Shown piece by piece: positions 1 through 13,439 of a DNA stretch of 64,000 nt. The stretch lies in NCBI RefSeq assembly GCF_006345805.1, contig NC_043005.1, positions 92,008,001 to 92,072,000 on the forward strand, in the 5' to 3' direction. Source of the stretch: Octopus sinensis (taxonomy: Eukaryota). Numbering within the stretch: the first letter of the stretch is position 1; each line of letters begins with the position of its first letter. The translations under genes were made by a program, and so were the position numbers. The notes beneath the pieces are model-generated. The model was not told where the DNA came from and did no database searches. It saw only the letters and a program-made list of their open reading frames with translations.

Positions 1-689
1 TTCCTTTGTAGTAGTAGGTGCATAATAAAATGATGACAATAAGGGATTTTTCACTTTCATTTTTCAGATGCTATTCTTTTCACTTTTAAGTTTCATATGC
101 CATTGTTTAACTTCCCTGTTATTGTTTTCACTGTAAGTCTATGTTTTCAATCAATATTTACAAACAAACAATGGCAAATCACTGACTGAAAGAAGTTCAC
201 AATTACTGATGTAAGTAAGTTCATAATTTACTGTCAGATGTATCTTCATAAAGTTCACTTCAACCTGTACGGTTTTGTGTCTTTCTGTTGTTGACAGTTT
301 CTGGTTCCTTCGATACTGGCTCTTTGGTTCACTGAGTGACTAATTTCGCTTCAACCCATACAATACTTTATTTTTCATTAAAATTTTTTATTTACTTTCT
401 GCCCATCATATTAAGAAACATAATTTCCATTACCATAATTTCTGCACAAAATGGAGAAAATGAAACAAATATGGAGTGGGGAAAATTTCTCAAAAATAAC
501 CCCCAATTGTTTTTCCCCAAAATTCCTATGTCCTTGGAATCTATACAGTCCAAGGTATATTTGCAGACAATTTCATTAAAAATATCCATTTTTCTGAAAG
601 TTAATGTCATCTAAAGTCAGGAGTGGGAGAGCACAGAAATCTGTAGTTATGCCAATTTGTCTACAATGTCAAGGTCAGTCAAAAGAATG

Positions 690-2177
690 CCTCTGTCTAA
701 GGAAAGAGAGATTGCTGCAGAAAGGGAAGCATACCAAGAAACAGACTGTGCACAACAAAAGTCAGAGCATCTCAAAGTGATGAACAGAGGTATGCACAAC
801 TGACAAGGAATAGCATCTCCACCACAAAACGAAGAGCAGTTGCAACAGCTCAGAGAAGCAACTTCTATGAAGCAGCTTTCAATTATGATCATTATGCAGA
901 TCATTATACCGATAATACTAGAGTTTCCATTGGTGCAGTGATAATTGAGTGCATACATTGTAAAGCAAAGAAGTAGTCTGGAGAGACACCTGGACTGTGC
1001 TGCAGTGGTGGAAAGGTTATCCTCCAACCTCCAGAGCCATTGAAGAAACTGTTGCCATCAACTGACCAAGACTCCAAGCACTTCCAAAACAAAATTAGAC
1101 AATACAATGCTGCACTACAGATGACATCATTTGGAGACATAAGAAATATAACTGAGCCAGGATTCATACAAACTTTCAAGGTCCAAGGTCAAATTTATCA
1201 TCGGATTGGCTTTCTACTACCTCTGTCAAATGAATCACCAAAATCCCTTCAAATATATTTTATGGATGATTCTCAACAAAAAGGCTAAAAGAGGTGCAAG
1301 AACATTTACGGCATCAGGATGAACATTGTAGTGTCTCTGCAAAAGATGCTGCATAACAACAACAACCTGATCAGAAGCTTCAAGACTGCACTTGAAACAA
1401 TTCCACATGACTCCATCGATTACAAAATAGTTGTCAGATCAGACAAGAAACCATCTGGTCAGCATGGAGGGAGGTTTAATGTGCCAACAACAAATGAAAT
1501 GGCTGTGCTTCGGGTTGGGCAAGAACACAACAAGCGTGACATTGTCATCCATCTCAGAGTCAGCATACTGACAGACACAGTCCAACTACAAATGGAAGTT
1601 CCCAAAGATACCACACTTCAAGCGCTGTCAAGATGATGAATTCGCTACAAGACTGCTATACAATGAAGTTCCACAATTCCATACCTGGTACCAAAACTGA
1701 TGGAAAAGATGTGCACTTGGAGTACCCACACATCATCTGGGAATCAAGAAAACAGACACACTTGGCAGAGTCTATGTTGTCCATCCCAACAACTCAGAGT
1801 GCTTCCATTACACCATGTCAAGAGACCCACATCATTTACAGCATTATGTACGGTTGATAGCACAATATGTCGAACATATCGCTAGGCTTTCCGTCTCAGA
1901 GGTCTTCTTGAAAATGATGCACACTGGGATGTCACTCTGAGAGAGGCACAAATGTGCAAGTCTCCTATGCAGCCGAGAAACCTCTTCTCCATCATGGCAA
2001 CATGATGTCTTCATTCCAAGGATGCCTCTCATCTCAAGTGATCTTCCCTTTCAGTTCAAGAGACTGCAGTTTTCTGTCAAACTAAGCTTTGCAATGTCTA
2101 TCAACAAAGCACAAGGTCAATCACTAAAGGTGGTGGGACTTAACCTCCTTCAACCTTGCTTCTCACATGGTCGGCTG

Positions 2178-2180
<3 letters not shown>
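690..2180 (+). mobile_element. Helitron remnant, internally deleted and frameshifted (Rep N-terminal region, linker, PIF1 helicase C-terminus)
   Basis: Translations give CIHCKAKK..GETPGLCCSGGKV, HFQNKIRQYNAALQMTSFG..FKVQGQIYHRIG (1040-1288), LLYNEVPQF..TLGRVYVVHP (about 1640-1790) and PFQFKRLQFSVKLSFAMSINKAQGQSLKVVG..PCFSHG (2022-2175). All are typical Helitron RepHel motifs. The Rep catalytic motifs and most of the helicase are missing. Confidence 0.9.
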
Positions 2181-2225
<45 letters not shown>

Positions 2226-2251
2226 AATACATATATGCATGCATACATACA

Positions 2252-2283
<32 letters not shown>

Positions 2284-2290
2284 AATATAT
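2178..2290. repeat. (TCTA)n followed by (TACA)n microsatellite
   Basis: Read directly from the sequence; it interrupts the Helitron helicase frame. Confidence 0.95.
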
Positions 2291-2619
2291 ATAGTTGTCT
2301 AATAAGTTTTCATAAGTCAGAAAAAAAGAGGTGGTTGTATATGAAATAATAAATTAGGAATATTTTCTACAACATAATTGATGCAGTCTGGTAACAGTCA
2401 ATTCATGAAACTGAATTGTTTTGTATTGAGAAACCTGCCAAGTCTGAATTGAATTCATAGAATACTATTCCCACTTTTGAAGATAGTTACTGCTTTCCAA
2501 ATCAACTAACAAGATTTTGGTTTTCCCAGGGATTTAGTGGAAGACATTTGCCCAAGTTAAACAAACTGTGACTGAACTCGAACCCATGTGATCTTCTAAT
2601 CATACAGCTATGCCTATGT

Positions 2620-2658
2620 CTACACATCTATATATATATATGTGTGTGTGTGTGCATG

Positions 2659-2690
<32 letters not shown>

Positions 2691-2706
2691 CATGTGTATG
2701 TATATA

Positions 2707-2754
<48 letters not shown>

Positions 2755-2757
2755 GTG

Positions 2758-2812
<55 letters not shown>
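2620..2812. repeat. Compound (TA)n/(TG)n microsatellite, representative of many similar tracts (e.g. 5725-5785, 6215-6262, 8120-8410, 11130-11495, 28685-28795, 35175-35375, 35770-36050, 43780-43855, 55210-55352)
   Basis: Read directly from the sequence; these tracts produce most of the YIYIYI and CVCVCV ORFs in the track. Confidence 0.95.
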
Positions 2813-2814
<2 letters not shown>

Positions 2815-2897
2815 ATAAATATTAGGGAATAAATCCAAATTTACAGGGAAAAAATCAGATTTAGGATTAAATCCAATTTTATAGTAAAATATTATAA

Positions 2898-3198
2898 AAT
2901 ATTATTAGAGACAAAACCACTATTTTGCAAAACAAACAAGGAAAGACTTAATCAATACATAAAATTTTAATAAATAGTCAAAAAAACCGCCACTACAATT
3001 GTTTCTTGTCTTGATCGACAATCTTCCAATAAGTCAATAATTTGAAACTGACTTATTGGAAGTCCACCTGAAGATTGTCGATCAAGACAAGAAACAATTG
3101 TAGTGGCGGTTTTTTTGACTATTTATTAAAATTTTATGTATTGATTAAGTCTTTCCTTGTTTGTTTTGCAAAATAGTGGTTTTGTCTCTAATAATATT
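2898..3198. repeat. 129-bp perfect inverted repeat (2898-3026 / 3070-3198) with an inner 13-bp hairpin; probable inverted PLE pseudo-LTR
   Basis: The arms are reverse complements by eye. Inner stem ttccaataagtca (3024-3036) pairs with tgacttattggaa (3049-3061). The right arm carries an HHR. Confidence 0.85.
3064..3106 (+). ncRNA. Minimal type I hammerhead ribozyme
   Basis: ccac-CTGAAGA-ttgtc(gatcaa)gacaa-GAAAC-AATT-GTA-gtgg: canonical core, 5-bp stem II, palindromic tetraloop on stem III, 4-bp stem I. Confidence 0.75.
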
Positions 3199-3284
3199 AT
3201 ATATATATATACATGTGTATGTGTATATATATATATATAAACAAGTTATATAAGTTTTCAACAGCGATTTAGCACCGACAGACG

Positions 3285-3470
3285 CCATGATAGATCATTA
3301 GCTACTACACACATTTTTTTTTCTCTTGTTTTTTTCTGTGTATCTTTCTGTAGAAGAGTGTTGTCTCAAAACGTAAAAGACTTTTTCTATTCCTGAGTGT
3401 TATACTAATACATTTGTTTGTTTGTACACCACCTGCCTTCGTCTTTTGTTTATTTTCGTAAACTTTCCCT
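3285..3470 (+). mobile_element. Solo 3' end (pseudo-LTR) of the Neptune-like PLE family, with a decayed variant HHR at about 3343-3380
   Basis: Aligns with 25890-26082, the 3' end of the Neptune element; both copies end at aaactttccc next to (TA)n. Confidence 0.8.
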
Positions 3471-3471
3471 T

Positions 3472-3502
<31 letters not shown>

Positions 3503-3664
3503 GGTTTGTTGCCAACTTAATGTGGCAGTCCCAAGAAATGGAAGAATGCTACTGCTATTTAGCCCCAAGAAACACCGTTTCTACTTGGCTACGTGACACA
3601 AATGTGCTGTGACTTTAAGTTTCCAAAGAAGGGAGATAAGCACTTCCACCCAACAAAGCCAGCA

Positions 3665-3704
3665 CCAGAGACTAGTTTCAGAGAGTTGCCCTTCATCAGT
3701 CTGG
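3665..3704 (-). ncRNA. Minimal type I hammerhead ribozyme
   Basis: Minus strand reads ccaga-CTGATGA-aggg(caact)ctct-GAAAC-TA-GTC-tctgg: canonical CUGAUGA core, GUC cleavage triplet, 5-bp stem I, palindromic ACUAGU. Confidence 0.85.
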
Positions 3705-3998
3705 AGCGCTTGGCTTTGCTAGCTGTCGGTGCTAAATTGCTGTTGAAAACTTATAGCATTTCAAGTGAAATAAATTTACTGATCTACAAAATTAGAAATT
3801 CTGCATTTCTAAATCTCTCAGAGAGAGTTATGCAGTAGCAGCATGATAAAGTGATGGTTTGTTGCCAACTTAATGTGGCAGTCCCAGGAAGGGGAAGAAT
3901 GCTGCTGCTATTTTGTAGATCAGTGAATTTATTTCATTTGAAATTCTATAAGTTTTCAACAGTGATTTCGCACTGACAGCTAGCAAAGCCAAGCTACT

Positions 3999-4039
3999 CC
4001 AGACTGAGGAAGGGCAACTACTCTGAAACTAGTCTCTGG
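3999..4039 (+). ncRNA. Minimal type I hammerhead ribozyme (second copy of the 353-bp unit)
   Basis: ccaga-CTGAGGA-aggg(caacta)ctct-GAAAC-TA-GTC-tctgg; the core differs from the first copy only at the variable N7 position. Confidence 0.85.
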
Positions 4040-4237
4040 TGCTGGCTTTGTTGGGTGGAGGTGCTTATCTCCCCTGTTTGAAAACTTAAGGACACAGAAT
4101 GCTTGTGTCACATAGCCAAGTAGAAACGGTGGGGCTAAATAGCAGCAGCATTCTTCCCTTTCCTGGGATTGCCACATTAAGTAGCTGCTACTGCATAACT
4201 CTCTCCAAGAGATTTAGAAATGCAATATTTCAAATTT

Positions 4238-4268
<31 letters not shown>

Positions 4269-5725
4269 ATGCGTATATAAATGTATGTATATATAATATA
4301 CGTGTGTGTGTGTGTATGTGTGTATATATATATATATGGATGTTTATGTATGTATGTGTGTATTTATATGTATGTAAGCATATATATGTGTGTGCTTTTG
4401 TGAGTATATATGTATGTATAATCAGATAATCACCTACAGTGAATTAGTTCTTAATGTCTTCAGCACAAACCAAAATAAGGAACTTCATGATATTACTAAA
4501 GTCAACTGTAAGTCCTTTAACATCATTACTATTAAATACCACCATCTCTTTGGGAACAGGAGTGAATAACATTCTATGAAAAAAATACTGAAAAGAAAAG
4601 ACGAAATGCAGCTTGCAGTTTCAGAGAAATCAAATTACCATGATATAATAAAATATAATGCCCGTAGACTGCAGGCTGTTGAAGTTTCACATTGGAGAGT
4701 GTCGAAAGGTTTATGGCTGCATTTCTCTCTCAAAAGTTTTTCTTATCATCCATGAAAATCACATAAAAAATGTCTAACATGGGATATTTGTAAGCATACA
4801 TTACAACATAATTAGAGGTCAGCAATGCTCTACTGTGGTAGAGGATTGCTGACCTCTAGTTATGTTTTTTTATGGCTTGTTGTAAATCCATTTTGGAAAA
4901 ATACTCCATTTCTCCATTTCTCACAAAGTTTTGTAAATCTGGGTTAGGAAAGTCATTAGAGAGCTTATGGCTGAAAAGCTTTGAAACAGATGTCTGCAAT
5001 GAGAAAGGGACCATGCTCATAATCAACTTGGTGACCCCCATATGTCTTATTCATTCTCTCCCATCTCTCTCTTTATATGTGTGTGTGTGTGTGTGTGCAT
5101 GCGTATGTGTGTGTATGTGTGTGTGTCCATGAATGTATGTGAGTATGTATATATATGTCCAAGGTGGGGGGTGTCTGGTTTTGACTGTATGTTTTCACTT
5201 ATAAGTTGCATGTATCAATTGCATTTGTAGCATGAAACCATTTTATTACCGAATACCGAAACACATATAGCAAATGTAATAAAGGAATCCAAGTTCACAC
5301 ACACATGCACACACACGCGTGCATACACACACACTCATAATACCACCACCACCAACAACAACACACACCTACATGCAAACACACGCAAGCACACACAAAG
5401 ATGTGCACTCATTTCAAGATGTAGAGTTACTATGTGATTCACAAAGGCAAAGATGGTCAACATTATGCTCAAGGGACAACCATAAGTAAACATACATATA
5501 TGTATGCATATATGCACAAATACATACACACACACACATATATGCATATATATATATATAATTAAATAAGGGTAGAAATTGATATTAATCAATTAAAACC
5601 AGTGGTCTAGCATATTTTTAAAAAATCCAATTAAAAATTTTTTTACATGCAAAATTTAGAGGACTGACCGACATCTATATCTAGCATAAGGGCTGTCTAC
5701 TTTTAGTGGTCAGTCCTCTAAATTT

Positions 5726-5782
<57 letters not shown>

Positions 5783-6210
5783 ATGATCTTAGCCTAAAGG
5801 CCATACACACACTTATATAACAAAATAAATATAAATGTAAATGTGCCCTTAGTCAGTTTTGATGAAGAGTTGTACTCTAATCAACTGAAGTACTTGTTTT
5901 GTCATTGAGAAGGTAATTCCTTTGATCAAGCAGCTGCATTTCTCATTAAATTACAGCATAAACTGGCAGTGTTTTCCAAAGATCTATATATTCTTAATCT
6001 AATTCTCATGCACAATTAATACAAAATACAGAAGTGAGAAAGCTGGCCGTTTGTATTACAGTCAGTGTCTCTTGAACAGTTTACCACACAGTTTCTGTGT
6101 CTCTCATTTCATTCCAGTGGCTCTGATCAAAGACACTGATGCATGATGCTATTTAATGAACCCAGACCCTCATGAATACAAAGCAAATTTTTTAACCACT
6201 CTGCTATGCC

Positions 6211-6266
<56 letters not shown>

Positions 6267-7090
6267 ACAAAACCTCAAAAAATTAGAAACCATTATATAA
6301 GCATTATCCAAGCATAATAAGATTATCTAGGAAGTAAATCAACCAATATCAATATAAGTAATAACTATAAATCATGAGTCCACAATCACTTTCAGCTTTA
6401 CGAGAATGAAAGACAACTTAGAATAACAATATCCCAAGAAATAAAAAATTCACAAATAAGCATATCAAATATACATTCCCATCATCAGCTGCCAAATGGA
6501 CATTACTATGGTTTCAACACCTGAGCAGTACTACTCAATCCTATGGAGTCAACATCATTAAAACATAATACTGCCTGGAACCAATAGAAATTAGCAGGAG
6601 CAAAATGCTATGTGTGTATGTGTATATCTGTATGTATTTTTATGTGTGTATATATATATATGTTTGTGCTGATACATATATGTATGTATATATGTATGTT
6701 TGTATATCTATGCATAGAATTGTATGCTTACACGTGCATTCTCTTACATCCTTATACAGAGACATTTTAGGCATGTAAGCTACTCTGCAAGAGAGGATAA
6801 TAATAGTATTATTATTAATTCTTTCCAATCTAGGCAAAAAAAAACGAAACTTTAGAAGAAGAGTTTAGTTGATGAAAACAACCTCAACTGGTGCTTTATT
6901 TTATCAATCATGGAAGAATAACTGACAAAACTGATTTTAACAGGATTTGAACTAAGACTGTAAAAACCCAGAACACAAATAATGTCTGGCATTTTTTCTG
7001 ATGTTCTAACAGTTCTACAAAGCCATCATCTTTATGATGATCATGATGATGATGATAGTAGTAATAATGATAATAATAATAATAATAATT

Positions 7091-7121
<31 letters not shown>

Positions 7122-8134
7122 AGGGACCCAGATAGTTGCCTTGCAACCACTAGAAGCAATGTATGTTAGAGACTATAAAATAGGTACTTGAAAGATTTAC
7201 TGTTTAAAAACTCACAAAGGCTTTCTCCACCCCTCATTTTTTTTCTTTTCTTCCAAACTCAATCATATCGTTTAGTATCTTTATCACTTAAATTGTTTCT
7301 CTCTCCCCCATCATTTGCCTTCCACTTGTGTAAATTTTTCTTCGGTTCTCTCGAAATTTCACCGTTTAAAAATTTATTTCAAAAAATCATTTCTTAACAC
7401 TGAACACAGTAAATGTTTTATTTTATTTATTTATTAATTTTTATTTGTCTGATCATTAACTTAACTGATTTAAACTATTTGGCCAACAATAATTGAGTGT
7501 GAAAGACATTGTGAGGTTTTTCTCTTCGTTGTTCAGACAATTTGTTCAGGAATTTTTTCTTAATTCCTATATTGGCTTTTTTTAAAAAAATAACTGTAAA
7601 AATATTTTTTAAAAGATATTTCATTTTTTCATTTCTACATTTAGAAATGTTTAAAATATGCTTTTTTTTCTTCTTTGAAGAAAATATAAAAACAAAACTT
7701 CATCAAGCTTTTCTTCATTTAACAAATATTTGTGGCAAATGTGATGTGCTGTATGTCTTCAACTCTCTAACCCTTAGTTTTGTCTACTGTATGGAGCAAT
7801 TTCAACAATATAACTAATGCTCTTGGAAAAGACATGAATATTAAAGATTTCCCTTATTCTTTTCCTACAAATCCAAGGCATTATAGCTATTTAAGAAATT
7901 CCTAGGTAAATATGTGCATGTCTGAGTATGTGTGTATGTAAGGTCTTTTGAAAGCAATAGTTTGCAGAAGACGTTGGTAATTGCCATAATTTGTAAAGAA
8001 AATTGAGATTTGGTAAGCATCAACATAATTCGAATGATCTTTATTAAGAGAAAAGAAAATGTACTTCAGTATAATATATTTTTTTTGTTGTTGACAATTT
8101 TTATAGTTTGTTTATGATTGCAATATATATATAT

Positions 8135-8177
<43 letters not shown>

Positions 8178-8345
8178 CATGTATGTCTATTATAGATATT
8201 TGTAAGTATTATATATATGTACCATATATATACAAGTATATGCATATACATTTATGCAGTCATTCATATATATATATATATGTATACACACACACATATA
8301 TATATACATATATAATTTATATGTGTGTGTGTATGTGTATATATA

Positions 8346-8397
<52 letters not shown>

Positions 8398-11378
8398 ACA
8401 TATATAATATAACATAATTTGATATGATATAATATAATCCTCAACAAAATACATGAAAAAGATACAATATTTGAACTGTGGTAAAGTCAATCAATTCCTT
8501 TCTCCCCACCTCAGTACATCCATTGTATTAATGAGTGCAGCTTGAAAGTTCTACTATGTTGACTTCTGTACCAAATCAGTGCCTTTCTGGTGGCAAAGCA
8601 TTAGTTCTGCTGATAACAAAGTCAATCTATATGAATTTCTGTATGGTATATTTTTGTTCTCCAATACATTGGTTCAGAGTAACATTAATTTTTAAGTGAG
8701 ATATTATTGTTCATTTGATCATTTAAGCAATATTATCTACTGTTTAGAATTTCTGATTCAAAGCTCAAAAAGTTATGGTCTTCATGTATGCATGCATGCA
8801 TACACATTCACATACACATACAAATAAATAAAAGTAAAAATGTGTACACACACAGTTGTTTGCTGCTAGTGATGATCTATGTTAGCTTCGTTAAGACAGT
8901 TTGTATTAACTATTTAAACACATCAATGTTTGCAATTTTGTTTTCTAATGAATGATTAGCTCTTCTTAGGGGACTTAGATTTTATCAACCTTTAATAATA
9001 GCAACAGTGCACCTCACCAAGCAAATTGCTTAGTTCATCAAGGGATTACTCGTGTGATTTCATTCAGAATAAATCTAGGAAGGTTTTAGGAAATGTTAAA
9101 TAACATTATTGCTATTATTGTTTCATTCCTGGTCAGCTGTGTTTGAACTGACTATGATCAGAGACATCCCAACTACGACCATCTCATCTCATTTTGTGGA
9201 GTGTGTTTAGAAGTACATTAGCAAATGTGTTTTCTCAGCTTTCTTTGAAGATAATAAAGTGTGATTTGAGGGAAATGAGGTTGCTCTTTCTTCCTGTTCT
9301 TCTGATGAGAAGTTCCCACTTTTAGGTAGTTTAACTTTATACCTACAAGTTTGACCCAGGGTTAAATTAATGATTGCCTAAAGACCTAACTATGTCAAAA
9401 GATCTCCATAAAATAGAATGTTTAGAAAAGAATATCACATTTTCCCCTACGGTTAAATGATTCAGCAAATTTCAGTATTTACAATTATTTTAAAGCTTGT
9501 GTTTTCACAATTTGATACTCTTTAGAGCAATAATCACTTTTCATGGATGAAACTAGTGCCTGTTTCAAAGTAAGCAATATAGCAGACCCTACTTGTTTCA
9601 ACAGGAGGAAGTATGAATTTCATTAGTTTAGAAGGTCCTTTGCAAGGCTCTCCAAACATTACTCTTGAAACTTTGTAAGCTGCTGCTAGCAGGAAAAAGC
9701 TGAACAAGGAGAAAATTCCAGAGTGTTGACATTCTGGGAAGGAAGGACTGGGTATAGTGTAGGGCTAATGGTTGGGCACAACAGGGGAGGAGAGATGAAT
9801 GAGTTGGAGGTGGCATGAGCCCGGCCTGATCTAAGGATCAGCAACCAATATAAGAACAGTGGAAAAGACAGAAATGAAAGAGCATGCTTGTGAGGCAGAG
9901 ACTAGCACATGTCTGTGAGTGTTTTATGCCAATCAGACTGAAGGCTGTACTCTAATGCAGTAATTGCACTGTCCCAAATGTAGGAGGGATATGCTATAGT
10001 GGCCTCATAAAATGCTATAATTCATAGTATGTTTTGAATCTAAGTACAACATTTGAACCACTGCAGCCAATATCAAGAGAACATATGCAAAATTGCCTCT
10101 AATGAAGTTTACAGAAATCAGTAATAAACAGAATTTTGTATACTAATGTCTTCAAATACATCTGATGACAGGGATGATAGGGATACCTATAAATATATCT
10201 TCATGTTGAATGCTTAGAGAAGGTTAACCTGGTAGCGTCCATCATTACCTCTTCAAGCTATATGCACAACAATACTTTAATTCAACTCTGCAGAGTAACA
10301 AAATAGCTGCCAATTTTACAGTGCTCCTACTACTGTTACAATGTCAACTTTTACCTACTTAAAGCAATTACTTATATCTAGTTCAACTGGACCATTTCAT
10401 TATTAAATATACCATTTATAAGCAATGCCATCACTTTATCAGTTCACCTATTTTAACTTTTTATAATTCAGAATGTAACAACAGCCAAGATTGTTACTAT
10501 ATTTGGTTACAGAACTTCAAACATAAATAGAATATGTAAATTATTTACCTTGATATCATATAGATTAACAATTTACATGATAGAACTGGTGAGTACTGAG
10601 GCCTTCAAACTGTGTGTGTATTCATTGAAATTTATCTAAATTGATTGCAGTTTAAATTAGTAAAGATTGCAAAAGCTAGACAACAATAATTAGAAAAAAA
10701 TCAGTTTAATAAAAAACATATTAAAAAAACTCAGTTTAAATCTTATAAAATATTTCATCAAAATTACAGCCTGACATGAAAATTTACTAATGCACACACA
10801 CACAGAAAAAATAATCAAAATCAAAACATTTTAATTTTGTTTTTATAAAACTGCTTTACACATTTATTTTTACCATTTGGCACTTCTCAGCAAATAGTAA
10901 ATTTATAAAGAAAAATATGTGAAGAACTTAACTTTTACTCCTTTTTTATTTTCTTGATATATATATGTATGTATGTTGATGCAAACAAAAAAAAAATATG
11001 AGTATATGTATATTTTTATTAATATTTAGCAGAAGCAACTAGTTTGATAAGTGCCAACACATGAATCTCTCAGACTTTGAGTTACTCTGTCACTTATGCT
11101 AAATATCAATAAATCATAAATATTTATATATATATATACACAGACAGACATACGCATATATACATATATATATATAATGTATATATATTTTATATATATA
11201 GTTACATATATGCACACACACAAACACACAATATATACATATATACATTTTTATAAATCTATATATTTATCTATTTTATATACATTTTTATTTATATATG
11301 TATATTTATATATATATTTTATATATATACATATATATACATATACATGCATATACATATACATATATATACATATAC

Positions 11379-11479
<101 letters not shown>

Positions 11480-12511
11480 TAGATAGATAGAAAGAAATAA
11501 AGATCAATAGATAGATTTCTTAGGAAAATTATGATTTTAATAAGCAAAAAGATTATTAAATGTCATCTCTAATTGAGGAATCAGATTTGGAGATATCAAT
11601 TTATTCCTATATATATATTTGTTTGTTTGTTTGGTGTTTACCTGCAGCATTTCTACAGAGCAGCAGATTGTATATATGTATGCACTAAAACTTCTGAAAA
11701 TCCAAAAAATGTGTGTGTTGTGAATGTTCTATTTTATTCTTGGGTGCTTACAGCTTTGTATTTAAGGGATGATCAACTTTTGACTATTTTCAAGTTAATT
11801 CAGCAGAATTTTGTCAACATACCATATTTATCTTAATATTGTGTTTCAAAGATATTCTCAACCCAACTTCTTCATAGTCAATTTTCCAATGTATAAATAT
11901 TTTATGATGACACCACAATGTGGCATCGATCATTCTAACAATTCTTTCTTCCTTTCTTTTCCTTTTGAATACATTATTATTTTTTATTTTTCATTTTTGC
12001 TTGTCTAATCTGTTTTCAAGATATTTTTATACTGTGAGAAAAATAAAAAAAGAAAAAAATGATTAAAATTATATTAAAAAATAAGACTATTTCCCTTTCT
12101 ACTAATAATGGATGGCTGTTGTAAACCGTCTCTGGAAGATAATTGACCAGTAGACAGTGATACTATTTGTATTTTTGAAGTTCTTGTCTTAAAGAAGAAA
12201 TTGGACTTTGTGTTTCAACCAGAAACAAATTGAAACTGGTTTACACATGGCTGAGTGTACAACATCTTCTGTAATTGTTGTTTTACATTCCACAGAATTC
12301 TTACTTATGCACATGTTATGTTGCTAACTTCAAAATGAAATGCATGAAAAATAAAATTTTAAAAAATTCAAACAAATTTCTTAATTGTTATTTACTATTT
12401 GCAGTTTCTTTTGCTTCTAAACAAATTTAACATACCTGTTCTTCACTTCCATTGAGAGTTCTTTTCTAGCAATTTCACTTATGTATGTGTATGTATATGT
12501 ATACATTATGA

Positions 12512-12850
12512 CTGGCACCCGGCTGTTGCCAGTGCTGCTGGATTGACTTCTGTGCAGGTGGCAAGTAAAGAAACACCGTTTCAACCCTGTGCTTGAGGAG
12601 ACCTATTGAGTCAAGTACATCAACATCAAAAATCAATGGAGATTGTAGTTGTGATCCCTGTGCTGGTGGCACGTAAAAAGCACCCACTAAACTCGCGGAG
12701 TTGTTGGCAATAGGAAGGGTATCCAGATGTAGAAACTTTGCCAGATCAAGATTCGAGCCTGGTGCAGCCTTCTGGCTTCCCAGACCCCGGACGAACCATC
12801 CAACCCATGCTAGCATGGGAAACGGGTGTTAGACGATGATGATAATGATG
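12512..12850 (+). mobile_element. SINE with a Nin-like central domain and a (GAT)n RTE-type tail; second copy at 27819-28082
   Basis: Both copies share ggtggcacgtaaaaagcaccc, ggc(g/aa)taggaagggc/tatc and cccatg(c/t)tagcatggaaa...acgatgatgat. Confidence 0.75.
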
Positions 12851-13439
12851 ATGTATATATGCATGTATTCTCTTCTGTTTTAATAATTTGAAGTCTCCCT
12901 GTAGGGAAGGAGCTGGTTTCTAACAAGGATACAAAGCCCTCTATTGTTGGAAAGTAACTAATGACATTGTCAGATGTTGAACATAAGAACAGTATTGTAT
13001 ATTTTTGCTGTTCTGCTAACAGATTTTTATTTGTAATGTGTGTATTAACTGGTTGATTTCTTTCTCTGGAAAATAGCCTTTCCAGGTTGTCACTCAGGTA
13101 TTTACTAATAAAACCAAGAGCACTAATTATCATTGGTATAAATGTGAATTTATAATCTAGGTATAAAAACTGAAGATTTTAAGCAGTTGTTCATAGCTAT
13201 CCTCATTTCAAAAAAAAATTTTGATGAGGTAGATTACCCCTGTGACAATACATTTCCTGTCCCTAACAATATTTAACCTATTATGTTTGCACAGTGGCAG
13301 ATCTACCATAAAACTAATGAAGCTTAAGCTTCAGGACCTGTAATCCCAGAGGGGCTCCTCTGAAGCAAATTAATTTTTTCATTCTATCAATTTCCTTGTT
13401 TTTGTATTTTGCCATGCAGATTGCTGTTACCAGTCTTAG

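Larger units (their letters stand above)
3498..4236. mobile_element. 353-bp HHR-bearing repeat: about 1.2 units on the minus strand (3498-3912) joined to about 1 unit on the plus strand (3912-4236); a further fragment lies at about 3247-3287
   Basis: gtgatggtttgttgccaac starts at both 3498 and 3851 (period 353). 3912-4236 is the reverse complement of the same unit but starts at a different point. Confidence 0.85.

Noticed and set aside
2167-2832. ORFs rich in [14 protein letters not shown] or CVCV here and throughout the window (e.g. 8108, 11177, 35136, 43553, 55193, 57206, 62609)
   Set aside because: They are translations of di-, tri- and tetranucleotide microsatellites, not proteins.
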